Below are positions 10,325-21,261 of a stretch of DNA of 59,938 nucleotides, piece by piece. Numbering within the stretch: position 1 is the first letter of the stretch; every line of letters begins with the position of its first letter. The notes under the pieces are model-generated. The model saw nothing but the letters and a program-made list of their open reading frames with translations. It was not told the origin of the DNA and searched no databases. The translations under genes and the position numbers were made by a program. Source of the stretch: Ilumatobacteraceae bacterium (GTDB lineage: Bacteria > Actinomycetota > Acidimicrobiia > Acidimicrobiales > Ilumatobacteraceae); assembly GCA_036826015.1 (NCBI GenBank), contig DAISXE010000001.1, positions 1 through 59,938 of the forward strand. Direction: 5' to 3'.

Positions 10325-11436
10325 GTGGCGGCATGAGGCGTTTGTACCGTGGAGAAACCACGATCAATTTTTATGGTCGTCGAAACATAGGTTTCATTGC
10401 ATCGGGCATTCTGGTTCTCGTCACAATCGTTTCCCTGTTCGCACAAGGGCTCAATCTTGGCATTGACTTCAAGGGCGGTGTCGCTTTCGAAGTGCCAGTG
10501 CAGGGTTCTATTTCTATCGATGTCGTCGAGGACGTTCTCAAGAGTGAAGGTGTCCTGGACGATGGCATCAAACTTCAGACTTTGAAGTCTGAGACCGAGA
10601 GTCGTATCCGCATTCAACTTGGTGACCAAACTCCAGAAAAAGTCACAGCGATTCAGACCGCACTCGCAGAGAAAGCAAATCTCACTGTGAACGATGTGAG
10701 TGTGTCGACCGTTAGTTCTACCTGGGGCAGAAGCATCACCATGAAAGCTGTGAATGCACTTCTGGTGTTCTTTCTGGTCGTATCCATTTTCATCTCATTC
10801 CGTTTTGAGTGGAGAATGGCAATCTCGGCAATTGTTGCGATGGCCCATGACGTTGCCATCAGCGTTGGCTTGTATTCGGTTCTCGGACTCGAAGTGACCC
10901 CAGCAACCGTGGTGGCGTTCCTGACCATCCTTGGTTTCTCTTTGTATGACACCATCGTCGTATTCGACAAGGTGCATGAGAACACGAGTCGTTTTAGTGG
11001 CTCAAAGGTCTCGTACGGTGATGTGGTCAATGTTTCAATGAACCAAGTTTTGATGCGTTCTCTCAACACCTCATTGGCTGCAGTACTTCCCGTGCTCAGT
11101 CTGTTGGTGCTCGGATCGGGAGTATTCGGCGCAGTTGCATTGCGTGAGTTCGCCTTGGCTCTGTTGGTCGGTTTAGCTACCGGTGCTTATTCGTCGATTT
11201 ACATCGCAACTCCACTCCTTGGTCTTCTCAAAGAGCGTTCTGCCCAGTACACATCGGGTCGGGGTCAATTGTCTTTGGGTGCTGACATGGGGCATCTCAT
11301 GTCCACCGGAGCCCCCGTTGGTCGTCGTGCGTCTGCAAATGCCTCGGCTGCTTCCAGTGCAGGAACTGGTGTGCGTCCACCTGTTGACGCAATTCTTAGC
11401 CATCCACCGCGACCTCGGAAAAAGTCTCGTCGCTAA
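10321..11436 (+). CDS. secF: Protein translocase subunit SecF
   Basis: INF...GLNLGIDFKGG, the SecD/F TM domain with LGFSLYDTIVVFDKV. ATGA overlap with secD. Confidence 0.9.
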   Translation: MSGGMRRLYRGETTINFYGRRNIGFIASGILVLVTIVSLFAQGLNLGIDFKGGVAFEVPVQGSISIDVVEDVLKSEGVLDDGIKLQTLKSETESRIRIQLGDQTPEKVTAIQTALAEKANLTVNDVSVSTVSSTWGRSITMKAVNALLVFFLVVSIFISFRFEWRMAISAIVAMAHDVAISVGLYSVLGLEVTPATVVAFLTILGFSLYDTIVVFDKVHENTSRFSGSKVSYGDVVNVSMNQVLMRSLNTSLAAVLPVLSLLVLGSGVFGAVALREFALALLVGLATGAYSSIYIATPLLGLLKERSAQYTSGRGQLSLGADMGHLMSTGAPVGRRASANASAASSAGTGVRPPVDAILSHPPRPRKKSRR

Positions 11437-11445
11437 TATCGTTGT

Positions 11446-13665
11446 ATGGGTACTGCCGACCGCGTTCTTCCGTGGAGACGGCACCACAGTGCGCCGATTG
11501 AGGAACTAGCACCTCTTCTTACTGCTTTTCGGAAGCGTCATCCAAAGGCCACAGTGTCGATGGTTAATAAGGCCTACGAAGTTGCACGTGTTGCTCACAC
11601 GCATCAGATGCGGTCATCGGGCGAGGCGTATATCAACCACCCCATCGCTGTCGCTCGCATCGTGGCCGATATTGGCCTCGATGAAATTTCACTTGCTGCA
11701 GCGCTCTTGCATGATGCAGTGGAAGACACTGAAATCACATTGGACGATGTGCGACGTGAGTTCGGAGAAGAGGTCGCAACTCTTGTTGATGGCGTCACCA
11801 AACTGGAACGATTGCAATTCGACTCTCGTGAGGCACAACAAGCAGCCACTATGCGCAAGATGTTGGTTGCAATGGCGCGTGACATGCGAGTACTTGTCAT
11901 CAAGTTGGCTGATCGCCTTCACAACATGCGCACTTTGGCCGGAGTGCCCATAGAAAAGCAACAACGTACGGCGCAAGAGACCCTCGACATCTATGCGCCA
12001 CTTGCTAATCGTTTGGGAATGCAAGAGATCAAGCAGCAACTCGAAGATTTGTCTTTTGCCGCGCTGTATCCAAAACGGTTTGCCGAACTAGACCATCTGG
12101 TTTCAACTCGTACGCCAGAAAGAGACATTTATCTGGCTAAAGCAATCGCAGAGATTACGGCACGTCTCACCGAAGTCAACATCACAGCTGTAGTCACGGG
12201 ACGTGGAAAGCATCTATGGAGCATCTACGAAAAGATGGTGCAGAAAGATCGTGACTTTGACGAGATTTTTGACCTTGTAGCGGTCCGAATCATTGTTGAC
12301 AGCGTGCGTGATTGCTACGGAGCTTTAGGTTGCATCCATGGCAAGTGGAGGCCGGTGGTGGGTCGCTTCAAGGACTACATCGCAATGCCGAAATACAACC
12401 TGTACCAATCACTACACACCACAGTTATTGGCCCAGGTGGGAAGCCCGTGGAAGTGCAAATTCGTACTCAAGAAATGCATGAGCGTGCTGAGTGGGGAGT
12501 TGCTGCACACTTTTCTTATAAGGAAGGAACCGACAGTACAGATTCTGATTGGCTGAACAGAATTATCGACTGGCAGTCAGACATTATTGATCCGAATGAG
12601 TTCATGGCTGACCTCAAGAGCGACCTCGAACAAGAAGAGGTGTTTGTGTTCACGCCTAAAGGTCGTGTCATTACGTTGCCAGTGAATTCAACACCAGTTG
12701 ACTTTGCTTATGCCGTTCATACCGAAGTGGGTCACTCATGCGTTGGCGCACGAGTCAATGGTCGACTCGTTTCTCTCGATGTGTCGTTAGTTTCCGGTGA
12801 CTCCTGCGAAATTTTCACCTCGAAAGTAGAAGGCGCTGGACCTTCACGCGACTGGCTCGGTTTTGTCCAGTCGCCACGAGCACGCAGCAAGATTAAGAAC
12901 TGGTTTTCCCGTGAGCGTCATGACGACATGGTGGAAGCAGGGCGCGATGAACTGACGGCTGAGTTACGTCGCGAAGGTCTGCCGGTTCAACGTATATGGA
13001 CATCTGACGCATTCCTTCAGGAGCTTGAGGCTCTTAACATGTCAGATGTTGAGACACTGTTTGCTGCTATCGGTGAGCATCACGTGTCTGCACGAGGATT
13101 TGCTCAACGTATCGGGCGTTCTGTTCGCCGCGAAGGAAGCGATGAGCAGTTGGCCATGCCAATGCGTGTGGATCGACTTACCACCGATCGTCGCGCTTCT
13201 ACTGGTATCCACGTAGAGGGTTTGGAAGATGTGTTGGTGCGACTGTCGCGATGCTGCACCCCAGTTCCTGGTGACGACATTGTCGGATATGTAACAAAGG
13301 GTCGCGGTGTCAGTGTGCATCGCGCCGACTGCGCAAATGCTGAATCTTTCGTTGAAGACGAGCCCGCCCGAACAATTGAAGTGGAATGGGCACGAACGAC
13401 TCCGGGCACAGTATTTACGGCTGGCGTGGAAGTTGTTGCCCTTGATCGCAGCAAACTATTGCGAGATGTCGCTAACGCTCTTTCGGAACAGCACGTCAAT
13501 ATCGTGGCGTGCAGCACTCATACGGGCTCGGACAGGGTTGCAAAAATGCGTTTCGAGTTTGAGTTGGCCGACCCCAATCATCTTGAGGCAGTTTTGCGCA
13601 TGATTAAGTCAATTGATTCGGTCTACGACGCATATCGCATCGTGCCTGGGGGTCCGTCCGACTAG
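11446..13665 (+). CDS. relA: Bifunctional (p)ppGpp synthetase/hydrolase (RelA/SpoT homologue)
   Basis: HD domain (HPIAVA...LLHDAVEDT), synthetase domain (DL.A.RIIV...YQSLHTTV), and TGS and ACT regions. 739 aa. Confidence 0.95.
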   Translation: MGTADRVLPWRRHHSAPIEELAPLLTAFRKRHPKATVSMVNKAYEVARVAHTHQMRSSGEAYINHPIAVARIVADIGLDEISLAAALLHDAVEDTEITLDDVRREFGEEVATLVDGVTKLERLQFDSREAQQAATMRKMLVAMARDMRVLVIKLADRLHNMRTLAGVPIEKQQRTAQETLDIYAPLANRLGMQEIKQQLEDLSFAALYPKRFAELDHLVSTRTPERDIYLAKAIAEITARLTEVNITAVVTGRGKHLWSIYEKMVQKDRDFDEIFDLVAVRIIVDSVRDCYGALGCIHGKWRPVVGRFKDYIAMPKYNLYQSLHTTVIGPGGKPVEVQIRTQEMHERAEWGVAAHFSYKEGTDSTDSDWLNRIIDWQSDIIDPNEFMADLKSDLEQEEVFVFTPKGRVITLPVNSTPVDFAYAVHTEVGHSCVGARVNGRLVSLDVSLVSGDSCEIFTSKVEGAGPSRDWLGFVQSPRARSKIKNWFSRERHDDMVEAGRDELTAELRREGLPVQRIWTSDAFLQELEALNMSDVETLFAAIGEHHVSARGFAQRIGRSVRREGSDEQLAMPMRVDRLTTDRRASTGIHVEGLEDVLVRLSRCCTPVPGDDIVGYVTKGRGVSVHRADCANAESFVEDEPARTIEVEWARTTPGTVFTAGVEVVALDRSKLLRDVANALSEQHVNIVACSTHTGSDRVAKMRFEFELADPNHLEAVLRMIKSIDSVYDAYRIVPGGPSD

Positions 13666-13676
13666 CCTGATTAGTC

Positions 13677-14954
13677 GTGGCCACCTTCCAAACCAGTCCC
13701 GGCACTCGGGACATCTTGCCTCCCGACGCGGGGAGATGGAGAGAATTGGTGCGCATCTTCGCCGACGGCGTTGAATCAGCGGGTTATCAATGCATCGTGC
13801 CCCCAATGTTTGAAGACTTAGGAGTGTTTCTGCGTTTAGGTGACGCCACGGATGTAGTCACTAAAGAGATGTACGACTTTGAAGACAAGGGTGGTCGCCA
13901 TATTGCGCTTCGTCCGGAACACACCGCAAGTGTGTGTCGCGCATATGCCCAGCATCGTCCCACGCCTCCATGGAAGGTGTGGTACTCGGGTCCCAATTTT
14001 CGCTATGAACGTCCCCAGGCGGGAAGATTCAGGCAATTCGATCAGGTGGGAATTGAAGTACTCGGTGTTGATGATGCGCTACTTGATGTCGAAGTAATAA
14101 CTCTCGGCTGGCAATTCTATGAATCCGTCGGATTGAAAAATGTCAGTCTTGTTGTCAACTCTCTGGGTGACGCAGGTGATCGTGCACGATATGTCGAGGC
14201 ACTTGCGACGTATTTCTCTGAGCGTGCCGATCAATTAAGCAAAGAGGCTCTCGCAACGCTCGAGAAAAACCCCCTGCGTGTACTTGACTCGAAACGCGAG
14301 CAAGATGCTGAGACCATTGCCAACGCACCCACGATTGGACAATTTCTCAGCCCAAGCGCAGCAGAGCATTTCGCAGCAGTCTGCGCAGGTCTGAAAGCGC
14401 TTGATATTCCTTTTACAGTGAACGAACGCTTAGTTCGTGGTCTCGACTACTACCGTCGCACCACTTTTGAATATGTCTCGACCGCGCTTGATTCAGCTCA
14501 AAATGCTGTTGGTGGTGGTGGCCGTTATGACGGCCTAGTGGAAGACCTTGGTGGTCCCGCCACTGCGGGAATCGGTTTTGCTTTAGGTGTGGATCGAACC
14601 TTGCTTGCCTGTGATGCGGAAAAGTGTTTCGAGTTTGGTTCACCGCAGATAGATGCATTCGTCATAGATACAACAGGCGGCACTCATGCTTTGAGGCTGA
14701 CAACACTTCTGCGTGCGTCAGGTTTCTCTACAGATCGTGCATTTGACGGGCGCAGTATGAAGGCCCAAATGAAAGGCGCCGACCGTAGTGGCGCCCTAGT
14801 GGCAGTCATTATCGGCGAATCGGAGGCGGAGCAATCAACCTGTACCGTTCGTAACCTTTCCACTTCAGAACAGACAACAATTCCCCTCGTTGATCTCCAG
14901 AGTCATCTGCAGACAATTGTTGGGCCGAGAACGCCGCGGAGGCAAACACGATGA
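13677..14954 (+). CDS. hisS: Histidine--tRNA ligase
   Basis: GTRD..P, EMYDFEDKGGR..ALRPE.TA, and FRYERPQAGR.RQF (class II motif 2). Confidence 0.95.
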   Translation: MATFQTSPGTRDILPPDAGRWRELVRIFADGVESAGYQCIVPPMFEDLGVFLRLGDATDVVTKEMYDFEDKGGRHIALRPEHTASVCRAYAQHRPTPPWKVWYSGPNFRYERPQAGRFRQFDQVGIEVLGVDDALLDVEVITLGWQFYESVGLKNVSLVVNSLGDAGDRARYVEALATYFSERADQLSKEALATLEKNPLRVLDSKREQDAETIANAPTIGQFLSPSAAEHFAAVCAGLKALDIPFTVNERLVRGLDYYRRTTFEYVSTALDSAQNAVGGGGRYDGLVEDLGGPATAGIGFALGVDRTLLACDAEKCFEFGSPQIDAFVIDTTGGTHALRLTTLLRASGFSTDRAFDGRSMKAQMKGADRSGALVAVIIGESEAEQSTCTVRNLSTSEQTTIPLVDLQSHLQTIVGPRTPRRQTR

Positions 14955-16714
14955 CATCGACAGCAATGAGAACACATATGTGTGGCGTGCTTGATGTGTC
15001 TCACATCGGTCAAACAGTTTCCATATGCGGATGGGTGGGTCGTCGTCGAGAACACGGTGAGCACCTGGCGTTCGTCGACCTTCGCGATCACTCAGGCGTT
15101 GTGCAATGTGTTGTCGACAACAATGTCGACGTGCGCAGTGAGTACGTCATTCGTATTACTGGAGTAGTGCGGGCGCGTCCAGAGGGCACAGTTAACGCAG
15201 GACTTTCTACAGGTGCTGTTGAGATTGGTGAATGCGTCGTTGAGGTATTGAACTCAGCTGAGCCTCCACCGTTTCCCGTCGACGCGCGAGCCGACGATGT
15301 TGATGAGTCTGTCCGCCTGAAGTTTCGCTACATCGATATTCGTCGCGAACGTATGCAGCGCAACTTGCGAGTGCGATCAAAGATCAACAGCGCCATTCGC
15401 AACGAAATGGAAAGCAATGGCTTTGTAGAAGTTGAAACTCCTATGTTGATGCCTTCCACTCCTGAAGGAGCACGTGAGTTCCTGGTGCCATCACGTAAAG
15501 AACCGGGTTCCTTCTTTGCTTTGCCACAGTCGCCGCAGTTGTGGAAACAATTGTTAATGGTGGCCGGCATTGATCGCTATTACCAGATTGCTCGTTGTTT
15601 GCGTGACGAAGACCTTCGTGCCGATCGTCAATATGAGTTCATGCAGTTAGACGCTGAAATGTCCTTTGTATCTCAGGACGATGTGTTGGAAAACATTGGT
15701 CGGGCAGTAGTGGCAGCAGCCATTGCTGTTACCGGTGAAGCTCCACCTGAAATCGAAAGAATCACCTGGCGTGACGCCATGGAGCGTTTTGGAATTGATA
15801 AGCCCGACTTGCGCTTTGGCATGGAATTAGTGGAACTCACTGCTTTGTTTGCATCCACAGAGTTCAAAGCATTCGCAGGAGCTGCATGCATCAAGGGAAT
15901 CCGTGTGGATGCAGCCACGTATCCCGAAGCCGCTGCTTATGGTCGTAACAAGCTTGATGCTCTAACTGACAGAGCAAAAAAGATTGGTGCTAAAGGTCTT
16001 GTATGGATGAAGGTGGGCGCCGATGGGGCAGTTGATTCTCCTGTTGCAAAGTTTCTGACAGACTCCGAACGCGAAGCGCTTGTGGCAACTATGGGTGCCG
16101 TTGAAGGAGACTTGTTACTGCTCGTTGCAGACGAATGGGAAACCACAGTGGAGGTTTTGGGGCAATTGCGAAACGACATTGGCCGTCCGCCAGTGCATGA
16201 AGGACCGTACAGGTATGTATGGGTAACAGAGTTCCCTCTGTTTGTTGGCGTTGACCCAGTGTCGGGTAAACCTCGTCCGGGACATCATCCGTTCTGTCAT
16301 CCACATCCCGACGACCTTCACTTGTTCGATAAGGATCCGTTGAAAGTGCGCGCACTTGCGTATGACTTGGTTTTGAATGGTTGGGAACTTGGCTCTGGTT
16401 CTATTCGTATCCATGAACCAGAATTGCAACGACGAGTATTCAACCAATTAGGAATTTCCGACGAAGAAGCAGATCGTCGTTTCGGATTCTTCCTGCAGCC
16501 ATTCAAATATGGCGCTCCACCACATGGTGGCTTTGCCTTTGGTATCGACCGATTGGCAGCGATTCTTGCTGGTGAAGAAAACATTCGTGAAGTCATCGCA
16601 TTTCCAAAGACTCAGAGTGGTTCAGACCCGATGACAAATGCGCCTACTCCTGTTGAGAGTACACAGTTGGCAGAACTCGGATTGCGACTACTTCCACCTC
16701 CTGCTTCGTCGTGA
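14951..16714 (+). CDS. aspS: Aspartate--tRNA ligase
   Basis: MRTH.CG... N-terminal OB domain, LPQSPQL.KQLLM, CLRDEDLRADRQ.EF.QLD, and GGFAFGIDRL. Confidence 0.95.
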   Translation: MTSTAMRTHMCGVLDVSHIGQTVSICGWVGRRREHGEHLAFVDLRDHSGVVQCVVDNNVDVRSEYVIRITGVVRARPEGTVNAGLSTGAVEIGECVVEVLNSAEPPPFPVDARADDVDESVRLKFRYIDIRRERMQRNLRVRSKINSAIRNEMESNGFVEVETPMLMPSTPEGAREFLVPSRKEPGSFFALPQSPQLWKQLLMVAGIDRYYQIARCLRDEDLRADRQYEFMQLDAEMSFVSQDDVLENIGRAVVAAAIAVTGEAPPEIERITWRDAMERFGIDKPDLRFGMELVELTALFASTEFKAFAGAACIKGIRVDAATYPEAAAYGRNKLDALTDRAKKIGAKGLVWMKVGADGAVDSPVAKFLTDSEREALVATMGAVEGDLLLLVADEWETTVEVLGQLRNDIGRPPVHEGPYRYVWVTEFPLFVGVDPVSGKPRPGHHPFCHPHPDDLHLFDKDPLKVRALAYDLVLNGWELGSGSIRIHEPELQRRVFNQLGISDEEADRRFGFFLQPFKYGAPPHGGFAFGIDRLAAILAGEENIREVIAFPKTQSGSDPMTNAPTPVESTQLAELGLRLLPPPASS

Positions 16715-16718
16715 TGCC

Positions 16719-17870
16719 ATGAGTTCTCCAGATCTGTTTTCAGCCTCGGGAGAAGAACGCATGATGAAGAGGGCGCCTCTTGCCGCTCGCATGCGCCCCA
16801 CGACACTGGATGAAGTGATTGGACAGGATCATTTAGTTGGGCCGAATGGTCCACTTCGTAAGTTGATCGAAGCAGACCGTATGTCTTCCATCATTTTGTG
16901 GGGCCCGCCGGGGACAGGAAAGACAACGCTTGCTGAGCTTATTGCGGTGACTACCAAGCGTGAATTCGAACGACTGTCGGCTGTTACTGCCGGGGTCAAG
17001 GACATTCGCGAAGTGATAGATGTAGCTCGACGTCGACTGTCTATCGATGACCGAGCAACTGTTGTGTTTGTTGACGAGATACACAGGTTCACAACTGTGC
17101 AGCAAGACGCACTGTTGCACGCTGTAGAGATAGGACTCATCACACTGGTGGGGGCTACCACCGAGACTCCGGCTTTCTCCGTCAACCCTGCTTTGCGCAG
17201 TCGATCATCTGTGTTTGGGCTCAAGCCAGTGAATGCAGAAGCAGTTGAAGTGTTACTGAGGAAAGCTGCTGCACTCGAAGGATTTATCGCCGACGATTCT
17301 GCTCTTGAAATCATTGCTCTTCGTTGTACGGGCGACGCACGACAAGCGTTAACAGCCTTTGAAGTGTGTTGTTCGCTGGCTATCGATAAACACATCACTC
17401 TTGAGCACGCAACAACAGCGCTCGATACAAGTGTGTCGCGACTTGGCCGCGACGATCACTATGACGTTATTTCCGCATTCATCAAGTCCATGCGAGCAAG
17501 CGAAGTAGACATTGCACTGCATTGGTTAGCGCGCATGGTGGAGGCTGGCGAAGATCCACGGTTTATCGCGCGTCGAATGATGATCTTTGCAAGTGAGGAC
17601 GTTGGAATGGCCGATGCTGCGGCCTTGCCTTTTGCTGTGGCAGTGGCTGAATCACTGGAACGAGTTGGATTGCCAGAGGCTTTGCATCAATTGGCACATG
17701 GTGTGGTGTATCTGTCGCTCGCGCCAAAGAGCCGTGATGTCACAGATGCAATCAACGCAGCAATGGAAGACGTGCGTTCTGGCCACACAGGCCAGGCACC
17801 AGCGACTACTCAGAATCCACCGTCATATAGACCGATTGGTGTCGATGATTTTCGGTACTACCGTGGGTGA
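16719..17870 (+). CDS. rarA: Replication-associated recombination protein A (RarA/MgsA AAA+ ATPase)
   Basis: PLA.RMRP..LDEV.GQ.HL, LWGPPGTGKTTLA, FVDEIHRF, and the C-terminal MgsA domain (HYD.ISAFIKSMR, DPRFIARRM). ATG at 16719 lies 5 nt after the aspS stop. Confidence 0.9.
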   Translation: MSSPDLFSASGEERMMKRAPLAARMRPTTLDEVIGQDHLVGPNGPLRKLIEADRMSSIILWGPPGTGKTTLAELIAVTTKREFERLSAVTAGVKDIREVIDVARRRLSIDDRATVVFVDEIHRFTTVQQDALLHAVEIGLITLVGATTETPAFSVNPALRSRSSVFGLKPVNAEAVEVLLRKAAALEGFIADDSALEIIALRCTGDARQALTAFEVCCSLAIDKHITLEHATTALDTSVSRLGRDDHYDVISAFIKSMRASEVDIALHWLARMVEAGEDPRFIARRMMIFASEDVGMADAAALPFAVAVAESLERVGLPEALHQLAHGVVYLSLAPKSRDVTDAINAAMEDVRSGHTGQAPATTQNPPSYRPIGVDDFRYYRG

Positions 17871-17897
17871 CATGAGTCGAATGAGCGAGTCCATCCA

Positions 17898-18131
17898 ATG
17901 ATGCGTCGACTGTTCTGGTTTCTGCTCGGGGCAATTGCCGGCGTAGTTGGAGTCTCGTGGGCGAAGCGAAAAGTTGTTGATTTCTCTGAACAGGTCACGC
18001 TGGCCTCAGTGGTTTCAGCCCTGGTACGTGGTGCGCAGTCTGCGGTTGCAAGTCTTATTGGTTATGCGCAGGGGTTTTTCGCATCCAAAGAATCCACCGA
18101 CTTTGATGCCGATACGTATTCAGGCATCTAG
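17898..18131 (+). CDS. Small hypothetical membrane protein (one N-terminal TM helix)
   Basis: 77-aa ORF with FWFLLGAIAGVVGVSW as the TM segment. It fills the rarA-alaS gap on the same strand. No recognisable domain. Confidence 0.4.
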   Translation: MMRRLFWFLLGAIAGVVGVSWAKRKVVDFSEQVTLASVVSALVRGAQSAVASLIGYAQGFFASKESTDFDADTYSGI

Positions 18132-18196
18132 CGCCGCCTCTAGTTATCGCTAATTCTCCCCAGCCCCGAAGTGCCCAGAGATAGGATGGGTGCTTC

Positions 18197-20830
18197 ATGG
18201 CCTCACCATCTGCTTCGCATATTCCTCGTTCAGCCGATGAGCTGCGATCAGCGTTCTCTCAGTTTTTCGCCGACCGCGGACACTCTGTCGTACCGTCGGC
18301 CAGTCTCATCCCACATGATCAGACACTCTTGTTCACCGTGGCTGGCATGGTGCCATTCAAGCCTTATTTCATGGGTGATGAAGTTGCGCCGTACAACAGG
18401 GCCGCCACAGTGCAGAAATGTGTACGTGCCGGCGGAAAGCACAACGACCTTGACGAAGTGGGGCGCACCAAGAGGCATTTGGTGTTCTTTGAAATGCTTG
18501 GCAACTTTAGTTTTGGTGACTACTTCAAGACTGATGCCATCAAGTGGTCGTGGGAGTTAGTGACTGAAGTTTTTGGTTTTGACGGCGACAAATTGTGGAT
18601 CACGGTCCATGAATCTGATGACGAAGCAGAAAAGATCTGGCACGAGCAAGTAGGCGTTCCGATGGAACGTATTCAACGTCTCGGCGACAAAGACAACTTC
18701 TGGCAGGCGGGCGACACCGGACCCTGTGGTCCATGTTCTGAAATCCACATCGATCGTGGTCCAGCATTTGGTCCTGATGGTGGTCCGGCAAACGATCCAA
18801 CAGGTGATCGCTTCATGGAGTTCTGGAACTTGGTATTCATGCAATACAACCAGAGCAGCGATGGAACTCGCACGCCATTACCGAAGCCGAGTATCGATAC
18901 TGGCGCTGGGCTTGAACGCATTTTGGCTCTAGTCCAAGGAGTTGACTCTGTCTGGGAGACAGACGTTCTTTATCCGCTCATTCAAGAAGCTGAACGGGTG
19001 ACTGGCACTGTGTACAAAAAAGGTGACTACGAAGATCGAAGCAGTTTCTCTCTTCGCGTACTTGCTGAACATGCTCGGTCCGCAACCATGCTGATCAACG
19101 ATGGTGTTTTCCCAAGCAATGAGAATCGTGGGTATGTTTTGCGCCGCATCATTCGTCGGGCTGTTCGTCACGCGTACTTGTTAGGAACTGAAAAGCTGGT
19201 TATGCCTAGCCTTTCAAGTGTCGCTATAGATGTGATGTCGAAGGCATACCCAGATCTGAACAACAATCGTGAGTTCATCGTGGGCGTGATTACCAAAGAA
19301 GAAGAACGTTTCCGAAATACCCTGAAGACCGGTTTGGCAATCCTCGAGGACGATCTTTCTGGAGGGCAATCAACGTTGTCTGGTGCGTCGGCTTTTCTTT
19401 TGCACGATACATATGGATTCCCGCTTGAACTCACCCAAGAAATTGCGGGCGAACGTGGGGTAGAGGTTGACCTTGCTGGTTTTGAATCTGAAATGAATGA
19501 GCAGCGCACCAGAGCCAAAGGTGCGCGCAAAACTGGCCGCGCAGATGGTGATCGTGTCGAGGCGTACCGCGAGGTCATGGAATCACACGGTGTCACCGAA
19601 TTCGTTGGTTATGTTCACGATGTTGCTGAAGGCACTGTTCTGGCTGTAATTGACGGCGACGATAATCACATCGAAGTATTCATTGATCACACGCCGTTTT
19701 ATGCAGAAAGCGGTGGACAAGTCGGAGACATTGGCACCATCGTTGGGCCAGATGGAGTGCTCGCTGTCGTTGACACAAACTTTGCGCTTCCTGGTCTTCG
19801 TCGACATATCTGCGAGCGCGTTTCTGGAGAAGTCAATGAGGGTGATGTAGTAACTGCACGCATAGATGTAGATGCTCGTACTGCAACTCGTCGTAATCAC
19901 ACTGGTACCCACGTATTGCACTGGGCGTTGCGTTCTGTGCTCGGAGAACATGTGAAGCAAGCTGGTTCGCTTGTGTCGCCCGATCGTTTGCGTTTTGACT
20001 TCAGTCATTACGAAGCAGTAACTCCAGAAGAGATAGAAAAGATTGAGACATTGGCAAATGCTCAGGTTCTTCTCAATGCTCCTGTTACCGCTACGGAAAG
20101 TTCGAAGGATGAGGCATTAGCCGCTGGTGCTATCGCATTCTTTGGCGACAAATACGGAGATGTGGTGCGAGTTCTTCGCGCGGGTGCATCCACCGAATTG
20201 TGCGGGGGTACTCATGTTTCTGCAACGGGAGATATCGGCACTATCAAGATCATCGGTGAATCGTCTATTGGTTCAAACCTTCGTCGCATTGAGGCCGTCA
20301 CGGGAGTGAATGCAGTTCGCTATATGCAGCGCAACGATGCCATCGTGACTGAAATTGCACAAGTTGTAGGAACCCGCACAGACGATGCTGTCGCTGGAGT
20401 GCAGAAAAAGCTAGATGACCTGAAGGCTGCGCAAGACGAGATCAAGGCGTTACGCGCGAAATTGGCAATTGGCCGCGCTAGCGAAATTGCGGAAAGCGCA
20501 GAGAATGGTCTCGTTGTAAATCGCGTGGATGGAATGGCTGCAAACGACCTACGTGATCTTGCGTTAGCAGTGCGCCAAAATAGTGGCGTACGCATTGTGG
20601 TTCTTGGTGGCATTACCGACACCGGCGGTGTCTCATTAGTTGCCGCATTGAAGTCCGATGTTTCAGCCAACGCTGGAGACATCATTAAAGATGCGGCTCG
20701 TGCTGTTGGCGGCGGCGGTGGCGGCAAGGGCGATATTGCAACTGCAGGCGGCAAGAACCCAGAAGCACTTGACGAGGCTCTACAGATTGCTCGAAGCGCG
20801 GCGAGAGTCGTTTTGGACTCCGCTCAGTAA
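18197..20830 (+). CDS. alaS: Alanine--tRNA ligase
   Basis: FF...GH..V.S.SL.P, FFEMLGNFSFGDYFK, the editing-domain HTGTH...W motif, and a C-terminal DHHA1-like GGGGGKG. Confidence 0.95.
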   Translation: MASPSASHIPRSADELRSAFSQFFADRGHSVVPSASLIPHDQTLLFTVAGMVPFKPYFMGDEVAPYNRAATVQKCVRAGGKHNDLDEVGRTKRHLVFFEMLGNFSFGDYFKTDAIKWSWELVTEVFGFDGDKLWITVHESDDEAEKIWHEQVGVPMERIQRLGDKDNFWQAGDTGPCGPCSEIHIDRGPAFGPDGGPANDPTGDRFMEFWNLVFMQYNQSSDGTRTPLPKPSIDTGAGLERILALVQGVDSVWETDVLYPLIQEAERVTGTVYKKGDYEDRSSFSLRVLAEHARSATMLINDGVFPSNENRGYVLRRIIRRAVRHAYLLGTEKLVMPSLSSVAIDVMSKAYPDLNNNREFIVGVITKEEERFRNTLKTGLAILEDDLSGGQSTLSGASAFLLHDTYGFPLELTQEIAGERGVEVDLAGFESEMNEQRTRAKGARKTGRADGDRVEAYREVMESHGVTEFVGYVHDVAEGTVLAVIDGDDNHIEVFIDHTPFYAESGGQVGDIGTIVGPDGVLAVVDTNFALPGLRRHICERVSGEVNEGDVVTARIDVDARTATRRNHTGTHVLHWALRSVLGEHVKQAGSLVSPDRLRFDFSHYEAVTPEEIEKIETLANAQVLLNAPVTATESSKDEALAAGAIAFFGDKYGDVVRVLRAGASTELCGGTHVSATGDIGTIKIIGESSIGSNLRRIEAVTGVNAVRYMQRNDAIVTEIAQVVGTRTDDAVAGVQKKLDDLKAAQDEIKALRAKLAIGRASEIAESAENGLVVNRVDGMAANDLRDLALAVRQNSGVRIVVLGGITDTGGVSLVAALKSDVSANAGDIIKDAARAVGGGGGGKGDIATAGGKNPEALDEALQIARSAARVVLDSAQ

Positions 20831-20832
20831 CG

Positions 20833-21261
20833 GTGCGCGTTCTCGGTATAGATCTAGGGTCAAAGCGCATCGGTATTGCTGCGTCAGATCGAAGCGGCAC
20901 GATTGCCTCACCATTGACAGTGTTGCAACGATGTGGCTCCCAAGGTGGTGACCACAGAAACATTGCAAAGATCGTGGTTGAAGAAGAAGCCGTGGCAATA
21001 GTTGTGGGTTTGCCATTGAACATGGATGGCTCCGAAGGTAAGGCCGCACAATCTGCCCGAGCCGAGGCGGAGCGCATGGCTACGGTGGTGGGTGTGCCTG
21101 TGTATGTCCATGATGAACGATTGACTACGGTCGCGGCTGACCGCGTGATGATGGAACAGAACATGAATGCTCAAGCGCGGCGCAAAGTGGTTGACAAATG
21201 GGCTGCTGCCGTCATTTTGCAAGCATGGCTTGATTCGCGTGATTCTCGAGGTGAGCGATGA
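20833..21261 (+). CDS. ruvX: Holliday junction resolvase-like putative pre-16S rRNA nuclease RuvX (YqgF)
   Basis: LGIDLGSKRIGIA.SD, VVGLPLNMDGSEG, and DERLTT. Confidence 0.9.
   Translation: MRVLGIDLGSKRIGIAASDRSGTIASPLTVLQRCGSQGGDHRNIAKIVVEEEAVAIVVGLPLNMDGSEGKAAQSARAEAERMATVVGVPVYVHDERLTTVAADRVMMEQNMNAQARRKVVDKWAAAVILQAWLDSRDSRGER

Noticed and set aside
18132-18196. Intergenic gaps (also 46338-46385, 38784-38841 and 40060-40085) checked for tRNA or small RNA genes, CRISPR repeats or IS ends.
   Set aside because: All are under 70 nt with no cloverleaf-compatible pairing, no repeated units and no inverted terminal repeats. They appear to hold only RBS or promoter sequence.
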